A stretch of 53,357 nucleotides of DNA, the filler included, from Catajapyx aquilonaris (Eukaryota): assembly GCA_000934665.2 (NCBI GenBank). It is 3 parts of 3 records of this genome, joined end to end, with 100 filler letters (N's around TTAATTAATTAA, not from the genome) between each part and the next. Parts side by side here need not be neighbours in the genome. Positions count along the whole stretch, not along the records: positions 35,654 to 53,357 come from JYFJ02006881.1; 2 more parts are not named here. One strand, 5' to 3'. The first letter of the stretch is position 1; each line of letters begins with the position of its first letter. Positions 43,409 through 53,357 of the stretch are shown piece by piece. Below the pieces are notes generated by a model. It worked only from the letters and a program-made list of their open reading frames with translations, did no database searches and was not told the origin of the DNA. The position numbers and the translations under genes were made by a program.

Positions 43409-44947
43409 AAAGGCCGGCCGTCCGGCTGATCCAGTCGAGTTGTTGTTTGCCGCCAGCTTCTGAATGACCTAGGCCACTCTCCACTGTCTCCCTCATCAAA
43501 GGCCAATGCAGAGAAATTCCTGGTACAGCTGTATAAGGTTAGTTAAGGTTTTTTTTAATGCGTTTCATCAAGTCCAACTTAGGTTTATGTAATGTTAAAA
43601 CATTTCTGCTTGACTGAACAGGTGGGCAAAGACGTATCCAGTGGGGATGAAGCCAGACATCAGCTTTTCGGTGTTGTGAAAAAGCCGGAAGCCTTACCTC
43701 CAACAAGCGATTCGCTGCGACTACACCTCCTAAGATGCCATTACCAGGTAACGACATGATGGCAAGCGGCGGCATCCTGTGAGTAAAACCAGTTACATTT
43801 TTGCACTGATTATTTAAAAAACGTTTCAGGTGAACGCTGGTCGTTAGTCCGGGCGGCGCACAAAGGCCGGCCGTCCGGCTGATCCAGTCGAGTTGTTGTT
43901 TGCCGCCAGCTTCTGAACGACCTAGGCCACTCTCCACTGACTCCCTCATCAAAGGCCAATGCAGAGAAATTCCTGGTACAGCTGTATAAGGTTAGTTAAG
44001 GTTTTTTAAAATGCGTTTCACCAAGTCCAACTTAGGTTTATGTAATGTTAAAACATTTCTGCTTGACTGAACAGGTGGGCAAAGACGTATCCAGCGGGGA
44101 TGAAGCCAGACATCAGCTTTTCGGTGTTGTGAAAAAGCCGGAAGCCTTACCTCCAACAAGCGATGCGCTGCGACTACACCTCCTAAGATGCCATTACCAG
44201 GTAACGACATGATGGCAAGCGGCGGCATCCTGTGAGTAAAACCAGTTGCATTTTTGCACTGATTATTTAAAAAACGTTTCAGGTGAACGTGTGGGAAAAT
44301 GCTCATCATGCCCAACCGGTGGTAATGGATCCTGAGTCATATGGGTGGAGGCTTCACCAAGACCAGTACATTCCCATCCTTATGACCCTTGAGCCCGTCC
44401 CCAATGCCTGCACGGATATCCTAGCCTGTGATTGTTCATCCCAGTGCCTGACTAAAATGTGCACGTGCAAGAAGAATGGACTGACGTGCACCAAGTTGTG
44501 CCACCGCTCTCGACAATGTTTGAACTCTTTAAATGGTTGATTTCTTAAGCAACCTTGCCATAAGCTAAGATCACTTGCATGATTGTTTTCCTATCTTCTT
44601 TGCAATCTTGCAATAAATAATGGTTTGAACTCTGAAATGGTCGTTTTCTCATCTTCCTTGCTTCCTTGCGAGCACGGTCATATAAGTAAGGTCTGGTCAC
44701 TCCCACCCACCCCCTGCTTTTTCGCTTTGGCAACAGGCATTTTCGTATTCGGCGGGGTCGAAATACCCTAAAAACGTTGTTTCCCCAATTGTTACATGAA
44801 ATGCTTCTTGAATTGTTCTTTTTTGAAAACGTGCCTGGGGTCTATTAGCAGCTCTTGGCATTAGTAAGCTAGTAGAAGCACTGGAGGTCGTTGCCATGTC
44901 CAAATCACTGGGTTACTTCTGCAGGTACTGCTGATTTGGCCATACTA
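43409..44947 (+). mobile_element. Academ-type transposon relic: spliced 3' part of the transposase (LPPT..L..H..R..YQ and C-terminal Cys-rich CXC-like domain) with an internal 453-bp tandem duplication
   Basis: Exons ...-43990, 44075-44200 and 44283-44540 splice in frame to LLNDLGHSP...AEKFLVQLYK / ...EARHQLF...ALPPTSDALRLHLLRCHYQ / VNVWE...PESYGW...CDCSSQCLTKMCTCKKNGLTCTKLC. 43409-43836 is repeated at 43862-44289. Candidate right end ...GGCCATACTA at 44947. Confidence 0.72.
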
Positions 44948-45783
44948 GAAAAAGTTGCCTCATTTTAGTTTTTTAAAGGGTTATTCAGAATGGTTTTTTT
45001 TTTCTCCTGAAATTAAGTACGAATATTCTAGCATAACGTGTGCATTGGTACTGAATTGTGTGTATCAAATGTGTCAGTTCGGTTATGCTCCGTATTCATT
45101 GCTTCGCTACCCAGTAGCCAGTCGACATGACTTGAATATGCCTGAAACCAAACTGAAACCCAGCTGAAACCTGAATGCATGATAATATCGATTCACGCAT
45201 GAAACCATAATCGATACTTCATTTGAGCAATACGATACAATACATGTGCCTTGATAAATTTATCGATTCTGGCAATATCTAAAAATCGCATGGTCAACCT
45301 TATTTCCGATTCCTCACTCGTCATCTCGACCTCGTTGTCCTTCCCGATGGCTATTGTAACTCAGGCTAATCTACATCAACCCCGCATCAACCACACGCTT
45401 TGAGAACATCTTGCGCTGATATATGAACAGTGCATCGCATCGATTCTAGGATCGTCCTGGACGATAACATCATGGCGACTCAGCTCACGAATCGCACCAC
45501 CAGTGTCTCTACAATTAATTTTCCCCGCCTCTACGCGAGAGCTACAGATAATGCCCGCGGAAAACCTTCGATACAAGGAGTTTGTAGAAAGCCATGTGTT
45601 AAATTTTACAAATTAATGCTCACCGTCCATCGGCTGGCCAATCATGTGGATTGGGTACTGTTCGTCTGCAGTCGGGGACAGCCACCGGAACGCACCTTGC
45701 CTCATTCACTAGTGGTGTTTTAGGGTTGTTTCCTAGATTCCTACTTTCCTGAGCCCTCCGCCTCAAGAGGACTGCATGCAAGC

Positions 45784-48700
45784 ATGGCGAACTCCGGCAG
45801 GGCATCCGGCAGCGGATGCGAAGATGACAGGGTAGCGTTTTGGACCGATCGATATGCCCGGAATCAGTTGGGTTGGCACAGAACGAGTGTCAATGATAAC
45901 CTGCAGAGGTATTATTCCGGATTGTGTCCGAAGACACCGATGGATATTCTGGTCCCACTGTGTGGCAAGTCTCTGGATTTACAGTGGTGAGGAGCTGAGC
46001 ATTATGGTCTTAGAGCTCATTCAATCTCATGTTTTGTTCCAGGCTGTATGAGCAGGGTCACAATGTGGTTGGGATTGAAGCCGTCGAAAAAGCAATCTTG
46101 GAGTTTTTTGCTGAGAGGCACTTATCATACAACGTTGTGACACTGCAACCAACTGGGGTAAAAGTATACATGGTACGTACTATGGGTTGTAAATTCCTGA
46201 TTGCAGTGTAAGTTTGGCCGTTATCATAGTACCCTGTATTGCAACTTTCTACATGATTGGTTATAACGTCAAGTTGCCACCCAAGCTTCCACTGTAATCT
46301 TGGATAGAGTGCCCTTAGATAAGGAAAGACTGGAATTGGTGGCTAACAAATTATGCAAGAACCTCATACCAGGCTGAAAAACATGGTGAAGATATCAGAA
46401 AGCACAGCCACATTTGAATTATTGGGGGAATAGTTGATAATTCTTGCTCTGATGCTAGTTCAAACCTATGGAGGAAGTGCAGCCTGTCTGCGCAGCAGTC
46501 ACCTAGATCCCTGTTCTTCAACGTTTCATGAAAATCCTGTGTTTTGCTCGCCTGCACTACTATGACTTTAAAATAATAATAATAATAATAATAATAACAA
46601 TAATAATAATAATAATAATAATAATAGGGTTAGTGCACCGCCCATTGATGGGCATCTGGTACGGTACCTTTATTTGCTTTTAGGTGTACAGCTACATTTT
46701 TGGTCCTTTTCCGTAACGCCCGGGTACCGCGAGGGATAGGGGATGACAGGAGGGGATGTGCAAGTGCAGTGCAATGCTGGACGAGGTCATTTTGTGAACT
46801 CCCCCGGGTGGATTTGTCTGTAGGATATTCCACCCAGAAACGAAGCCAGAGACGACCCACATTCTGCACGAGATGAAGGGGGTGTCCCCGGGCGGGATTT
46901 GATCCCGGGACCTTAACATCCGTGGGCGCACACGTTACTGCGGCGCCACTCCGTCTCCCCCTGGGTGGTTCCATTTCAAATCAGGCGGAGGCTGTCAGGG
47001 CTTGGTCTCTGATTATTACGGATAAATTACACGAAGTACCGCTGTCGAAATGATGACGAATGACACTGGCTATTTTTCAGTGTCATTTTTTATTTGCCCT
47101 GAAAAAAATCATAACCACAGGGGTACCAAATCTGCTATTTCTCGAAGTTCATTTTCTCTCAACTTTTAACGCGTGTACCAATTTTCCTATACGTTACACA
47201 AAAACCAAATTTGGAATGGAGCAACTGCCTACGTAGGTCTGAATTTTCAATATAAAATAATTGCGAATGTATAATTAGAAACCGCGTAAAAAATTGGCAA
47301 AAATGCTGTTTTACGACATTTTAGCAATTTTCGCAAATTTTTTTTCTTTGCAAAAAATATATTTGTAGGCAAATGAAACATGTAGACTTAGAGTACAACT
47401 CATACCCTCTCTACTTATCAGCTTTGTTAAGCTTTGAAGTCAAAGGTTAACAGTGGAGCCATTGTTGAACATTGTTAACTTCGCAAAACATGGTTTGGAA
47501 GAAAATAATTTTCTCAAAATAGCCACCTTATAATTGAACACCGATTTATTTCTGGGCAGAGGAACATCTGAGCCACACACCAATGCAAAAATTTCTCTCC
47601 TCCCGAGGGTTATGATCCTGATTTGAATTTTATTACTTACTTGTTTCCGGCGCTCTCCATGGAGCCCACTGACCCAGTCCCACGACTCATAGCATCGTGT
47701 ACGGTACATTTGGTTAGAACTTCTCTCGTACATGTAGGCTACATGTGAGGTCCGGTGAGGTCAAATCAGGCATAGAGGTATTGCAAAGTCTTACTCACAT
47801 TTTTCCAGAAGTCACACCAAATGTTGCGCTGTTCTTTGCACAGTAACCTGGCCACGTTTCACGTTCCAGTAATGGCTGGACTGTATACCATAAAACGGTT
47901 TCACTGTCTGCCATAGTTTCCCCCTAGTTTCACGAAATTGTGTGATTTCTTCGCTTGGCCAGTGCAGCAGGGTCTCATTAAGGATGGAGGATTGCAGCAC
48001 CTCAGTCAACTGTCGAGAAGTTTTTATGGCCTCTGTTGCACTGTGCCGCAAGTTGTACGCTGTCGCAATATGCTTCACTAGCCCTCCTACTCCATCGCAG
48101 GGTCCTTTACCATGCCTGGCAGCTGTGAAGACCCATTCCCTCTCAGGAATTTCACTTTGTCTGTGACATTCTTTGTTGTGTAGAGAACTGGTGATTTTCT
48201 TTTCTTCCTGAGACCATATTTCCATTTGAATGGACATCCGAAAAAAGTTTCCACAATCCTCGGGTCTCAGGAGGATATGATATAAAATAGCCCTTCTTCC
48301 CCCTTCCCCCTCAATCCCCAAAGAGGAACCGAAATTCAAAGGGCGTTGCTGTGTGCTTGTAAAGAACTCCATAGTGTGTGTTACTGTTGATATGTTTACC
48401 ACATGAGAATCTTGCAAGTCTGTGAGTTGTCATTTCTGATCCTACTGCAAGAAGCATACCCTAGTAATCGCTATATTTTGCAGACGCCAAATGAACGGTT
48501 GAAAATATACATGTGTGACATAATGGAGGTAACACCTGCTCTGTGTGGAACATTTGATGCTGTTTGGGACCGAGGAGCACTAGTTGCAGTGTATGAAAAT
48601 GATTTCGAAAGGTGAGTTGTCTGTGAAGAATTGAGCTCTCTTTTTTCCTACAGTGTGCACTAGAAAGTGGGGTCCATTATCAGTAGAGTCTATCAGTTGC

Positions 48701-51700
48701 ATGCATAATTGAGGTATAACTGTATGCTCACTGGGCAATAAATAAATAATTGAGGTATAGCTTGTGGCAGTTGCCTGAATTATATGTGGCAACTGTTGAT
48801 GTTGAATAAGGGCCATTTCACAGAAAAAAATCGCGCGGCAAACGGCGCTCGTTGTGGCATATTTGTCCCGGGGCATATTTGTCGCATCGCCTTGGTTTGC
48901 CGCATGTGCAAACACAAAAAGAGCTGCGACACGACTGACGACTAGCGACAAGTCTGGGAAACAAAAGACACGCAGTCACGTGGCCGACAACCACGACTCC
49001 CTATTGGCTGCGTCATATTCAACGCACGACAAATTCTGGCTGGCCAGTTCTTGCAGTGCGACGTATTTGTCGCGCGACAAACTCCGACGCGCGGCAAAAA
49101 TTTTATGTGAACTGCACTGCGACGCGTTTGCTGCTTGACGGTGCCGCAAAATCTTTTTGTGTTTTGGCCTTAAGACTGTGGGTTACACTGTTCACAATAT
49201 ATCACAAACTGCTCATTTTTCTTTATTATTTATCTACAGTATATTATTAATATATGGAGATTCACCTACTTCTACACTTTACTGTCGGATGTCGCTTCGA
49301 TGCTGCTGCCTGCTGCGCGTCTCCCTCCCCCCCTCCCTCCCCCCCTCCCTCCCTCTTTTTCCCTCCCTCCCTTTCTCTCTCTCTCTCTCTCCACTTTAGC
49401 CAAATTTTGGCAACTGGTTACCTAGTTATTTTATTGCTCATGGAAACAATCATTTGGGGTGGTACTGATTACTGGTGTTAATCATGGTAAAATAGACCTA
49501 ATTTCACTATGTGACAGTGTTGTCACAATGGACCAAAGAGAAGGCAGAAATGGACTAAACAGCTCATCCCGATGCAGTTTTATAATTCTCCTTCATCACA
49601 ACATTTTCCCTATAAGGGGTAGTCAGCGATGAAGGAGATGCAAGTTAACCCGTATTTTGCAATAAAGCATAATAAACATTCAAATAAGCAGCTTGGAAAA
49701 CCCACCATCACCAGATATGTGCAGTTTTTTCGGCTTTTTCTCCTCAAAAAAAGCCTTATAGAATGTCTCTGTCTCTCTGACCATGGACAGGCATGTCAGG
49801 GCCTAAACCAGTGGTTTCCAACCTTTTACCAACTGCGACCCCCTAAACATGTTTCCATAAATGTGCGACCCCCCCCCCCCCCCCCCCCCCCNCTGGCCCC
49901 TTCTACAACTGACCCATTTCTAGAAAACACACTCTGTACGGCTGCAAAAATGGTTCAATTTACACAGAAATTGCCAAAAAAAAAGTGGAACAAAGGCTCA
50001 CGACCCTGCCCGCGACCCCCAGATTGGAAACCACTGGCCTAAACCGTATGCAATAGCAACAAACTGTTTTCGGATTTGGATTCAGCGATGCTTCAGTTTC
50101 GACACCGAATGACAGACAGGGGAAAGGTGAGCATAAGCAGGTACGTCGATCCTTCCGGTAGCTACTTCGTAGGATTGGTAGGATTGGATGAGACCGAGTG
50201 GCGAGCCTAGTGTGCCCGCTCATATGCCGCCAGGAGGGGAGGCGGAGTGGCGCTGGGGTAACGCATGCACCCACGGATGTAAGGGTCCCGGGTTCGATCC
50301 AAAGCCCAGGCTTTCCCCCCTTCATCTCATTCAGAGTTGGATCGTCTCTGGCTTCGTCTCGGGTGGAATCTCCGACAGACTAATTCACCTGGGGGAGTTA
50401 ACAAAATGTACTGTTTGAGACATTGGACTTGCACTTTGCTCATCCCCTCCCAGTCACCCTGCCCTTGGACCAGGGCGATTCGTAAAAAGGTTCCACCATG
50501 TAAAGCTTGAAATCAAAAGGTTCCCCAAAAGGGTCAATGTCGCCCATCACGAGGTTTAATTTAAAAAAAAAAAAAAAGCCACCAGGAGAAGTCATGGCAG
50601 ACAGAGTGTTGGTCACATGGACTAAAGCAGAAGTCAGGACGCTTGAGGACGCTGTCAGTAATTGACATGGCCCGTAGTCCTGGTCTTTGGTTGTCCTTCA
50701 TGCTCACGAGCGTATTCTGGAATTGCTGGCACCATATCGCCGCACCATACACATCCACTAGCATGCGATGAATGTCGTATGTCAACCACTGGTAGCAAAC
50801 ATTTCCCTCACTCCTGCCTTGGTGCATGGGACCAACACTCCCTGTCTGCCATATGACTTCTCCTGGTGGCATATGGGTGGGCATATTCGGCTTGCTACTC
50901 GGTCTTGTCTGCGCCTGTGCATAAGCTGGAAGATGATGCCTACCCATCCTATCAAGTACCAGAAGGATCGACGTACCTGCTCATGCAGTCTTTACCGTGT
51001 CTGTCACATGGCATCGAAACTGTAGCACCGCGAAACTTATTTTCTGACTAGCCCTCATAGGATTCATGGCCAACTTCCGGTGACAGGCAACTTCTGGTTT
51101 TCCGGGTTCACTCCATCCACCAAGGTCAAGTCTACAGGCAGGTTACCATATAAATTAGTTTCCATGGGTTCCTTGGCAACAGCAAATGAGACTGACAACA
51201 TTCAATGTAGTTGTCCAATTACGAGGGCCGTACTAAAATGATTTGCAATTTATTTTTTTGCCACAAATACAGTGCCAGTACAGGTCGGCAGATAGTCACA
51301 CGTTATAGATGTAATCCTCCTGGAGCCGATTGCACTACCATCACAGGTGTGTCAACCTCTCCAGGCCCTCCAGGAACCACTTTTTGGAGGTGCGACGCAC
51401 CCACAACCAGACAACTGTGCACAATCAGAAATGTAAACAACTGTCAACAGTGTCCTCAAAATGGCGTCAGCGAAGGTTTTTTTTCATGGTTCTAGGTTTG
51501 GGTGCTTCCACACCCGCTGCACTCACCTGGCTTGGCCCCCAGTAACTTTCACCTGTTCAGATTCATGAAAAAAACTACTTCACTGAATCAATTTCGAGGA
51601 CATTGTTGACTGTAAGCAGTTGTCCGGGAGGGGGTGCGCAAAACCTTCATAACATGGTTCCTGGAGGACTGGAAAGGTTGCCACACCAATGACTCATGTT

Positions 51701-53063
51701 CATTCAGCTCCAGGAGGATTCTCTTCATAATGTGTGACTATCAGCCAACCTGTACGGGCACTGTATTTGTTGCAAAAAAAAATAATTGTAAACCATTTTA
51801 GTATCGCCCTTGTAGAAGCACATCGTGTCATGCATACACAAATGTGGCCAATATATCGATCCATATTGATTCACAACTATGACAGATATGATACGATACG
51901 ATTCAAATCTATCTATTGCAACCAAGTGGTCAGCCATCCCCACTGCCCAATGAGAAAAAGTCGACTCGAATCACGCCACGTGATTTCCCAATCTTGTGAT
52001 AATGATATTCTACCGCCGTTAGTGACTCATCTTGCCACTGCTGTTTACTGCTAGCTACTGCAGTATCTAGCAGTGGGAGCAAAATGCGACCCAATTTTTC
52101 TGACTTGAATTTTAAATATAATTTTTTGGCGATGCATGGATAATAATTTGGAGTACAGTGTATTATTATTGTTGATTTTGTTGTTTTTATTTTTATTTTT
52201 TACATTTTTTATTATTATAATGTTTTCAGTTAAGGGGGTGCATAAATTAAATAATACCACCACACAAAGTGAGTGTCTGGTGCCCAATTGAATGGTTCCG
52301 TTGCAAAACATTAACATTCCAGTCCACCTACTTTTATTGGGGAAACACAAAAATCAGTTTACTGACAAAATGGTTAGTTTAATCGAAAAGGTTACTTTTT
52401 GGCAATTGCAGGCCTATGCAAGAGGTGTTCAGTCCCAAAATATGGAACTTAAATGTTCATAAGTTTATTTAGTATAAATTTTTTCATCTGCTGGAATCTC
52501 AATGTTTTGCAACGGAATGTCTGGTAGATCTGAAAAACTTGCAAATAATGACACTGTGAGGGCCAGAAATATTTAAGGGTGGATCAAAAATTAAGTACAA
52601 ATGTTTCACAAGATCACAACGTGTCCTGGCAATCATTTGGAGAGTATTCATTCGCCACTGTCACTGTCACCTGGGGTGGAAGTGGGGTAGACTACTGCAG
52701 AATCTCCTCTTAAAATGCCTTGTACTCATCAGGTAGGTGAGTTACCTGCGCTATCCCAATTGGACACCCAGTGGACAGCTTTTACAAAAACCTACTGAAT
52801 GGCTACCTCAGTTTGATATCCCACATTGCAGTGTTGGAATCTCAATGTTTTGCAACGGAACCATTCAATTATCATCACTTGTTCACCTTAATCATTATGA
52901 GACAGACTCTATACTGTATGTCCTAATTTCAGGTATGTGGCTGTAATTCTTGGCCTATTAAAGGAAGAATTCTACTACCTGCTGAGTGCTATTGAGTACG
53001 AGTCCACAACATTTTCTGGTCCCCCACGGGTAACAACACGAGAAATGATCGACCACTTATATG
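45784..53063 (+). CDS. TPMT: Thiopurine S-methyltransferase-like SAM-dependent methyltransferase, 3'-incomplete (last exon not in window)
   Basis: Exons 45784-45986, 46043-46172, 48484-48611, 52933-53063 with compatible phases; motifs FW..RY....GWH, ILVPLCGKSLDLQWL...GHNVVGIE, FDAVWDRGALVA, Y......GPP. Confidence 0.9.
46571..46960 (-). mobile_element. tRNA-derived SINE family A copy with (TTA)n tail, in TPMT intron 2
   Basis: Reverse-complement homolog of 8694-8950; (AAT)n at 46571-46625. Confidence 0.85.
46963..48240 (-). mobile_element. Internally deleted DNA transposon, probably Sola2, with transposase C-terminal fragment
   Basis: ORF segment WVFTAARHGKGPCDGVGGLVK (HGKG..DG.GG..K motif); imperfect TIRs GGGTGGTTCCATTTCAAAT (46963) and ATTTGAATGGACATCC (48224-48239). 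Confidence 0.65.
48810..49170. mobile_element. PIF/Harbinger-type MITE in TPMT intron 3
   Basis: TAA|GGGCCATTTCACAGAAAAAAATCGCGCGGCA ... TGCCGCAAAATCTTTTTGTGTTTTGGCCT|TAA; CpG-rich interior with GTCGC/GCGAC reiterations. Confidence 0.65.
49809..50036. mobile_element. hAT (Charlie-like) MITE
   Basis: TIRs CAGTGGTTTCCAA / TTGGAAACCACTG; exact 8-bp TSD GCCTAAAC at 49801-49808 and 50037-50044. Confidence 0.9.
50082..51033. mobile_element. Foldback mariner derivative with central transposase HTH remnant, interrupted by a SINE
   Basis: 50082-50236 plus 50589-50620 pair with ~50825-51033. The minus-strand centre reads DIHRMLVDVYG..WCQQF....SMKDNQRPG (mariner N-terminal HTH region). Confidence 0.7.
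50237..50577 (+). mobile_element. tRNA-derived SINE family A copy with poly(A) tail
   Basis: Same head and body as the 8694 copy (GGGTTCGATCC B-box); TSD GCC(G/A)CCAGGAG at 50226-50236 and 50578-50588. Confidence 0.85.
51222..51812 (+). mobile_element. Mariner deletion derivative (MITE) with degenerate transposase C-terminus
   Basis: TA|CGAGGGCCGTACTAAAATG ... CATTTTAGTATCGCCCTTG|TA with ~85-bp arms. Internal HPLHSPGLAPSNFHLF is a degenerate mariner HPPYSPDLAPSDFHLF. Confidence 0.85.
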
Positions 53064-53229
53064 GTTGGTATAGAGTAATTTTATGGCTTTTGTCAGTTAC
53101 CCCATGTAGAGGTATGATCAGTGTGAAGGGGGGTGGTGTGATGTAATCTTGCATCAATTTGATGGATGCATCTTGCTCAGGCCTGAATTTTTTATCAATT
53201 TTTAAACACTATTTATTACTAGAGACACT

Positions 53230-53310
53230 GGAATTTGTTGGAATGAAAATTGAAAATTGGTGGAATGAAATGGTAAAATTGTTGGAATGAATCAAGAAAT
53301 TGTTGGTATA
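53230..53310. repeat. Short degenerate tandem repeat (AATTGTTGGAATGA-like unit)
   Basis: Four imperfect copies visible. Confidence 0.5.
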
Positions 53311-53357
53311 CAAGGAAGTTGATTTCCACACTGAAAAAAACCAGACGGTCTCATTGT

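Noticed and set aside
43539..44315. Two similar minus-strand ORFs (137 and 107 aa)
   Set aside because: Antisense shadows of the 453-bp duplicated transposase segment.
44283..44540. Stand-alone Cys-rich metallothionein/tesmin-like gene
   Set aside because: It is the last exon of the Academ-type transposase fragment; the GTG 'start' directly follows a splice acceptor.
45184..45270. Cluster of DRE-like ATCGAT motifs upstream of TPMT
   Set aside because: None is a full TATCGATA, and similar ATCGAT/GATAC-rich sequence occurs in a repeat at ~51850-51940, so it is probably transposon-derived.

Overview
Eukaryotic, repeat-rich genomic DNA, almost certainly arthropod (it carries gustatory-receptor genes). 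There are three N-gaps, two with an artificial TTAATTAATTAA linker. Genes in order: a spliced RuvB-like 2/Reptin gene (minus strand, ~6.9-17.5 kb, introns packed with SINEs, MITEs and a LINE fragment); a gustatory receptor (GR, minus); three tandem leucine-rich-repeat (LRR) genes with intronless CDS (minus); two recently duplicated GRs (plus); a fourth LRR paralog (plus); and a 3'-incomplete thiopurine S-methyltransferase-like gene (plus). Intergenic and intronic space holds tRNA-derived SINEs (three or more families, one V-SINE-like), hAT, Tc1/mariner, PIF/Harbinger and piggyBac-type non-autonomous elements, long foldback elements, a Helitron 3' fragment, a probable Sola2 relic and an intron-bearing Academ-type transposase fragment. 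The best candidate for an undescribed system is the four ~500-aa LRR proteins. All begin with a BC-box plus Cul2-box-like motif (putative Elongin BC/Cullin-2 substrate receptors), are highly diverged from each other, have a splice acceptor 3-4 nt before the ATG and are interleaved with GR genes. The three tandem copies also share an RFX X-box-like upstream motif. All calls come from manual reading; no database searches were run.
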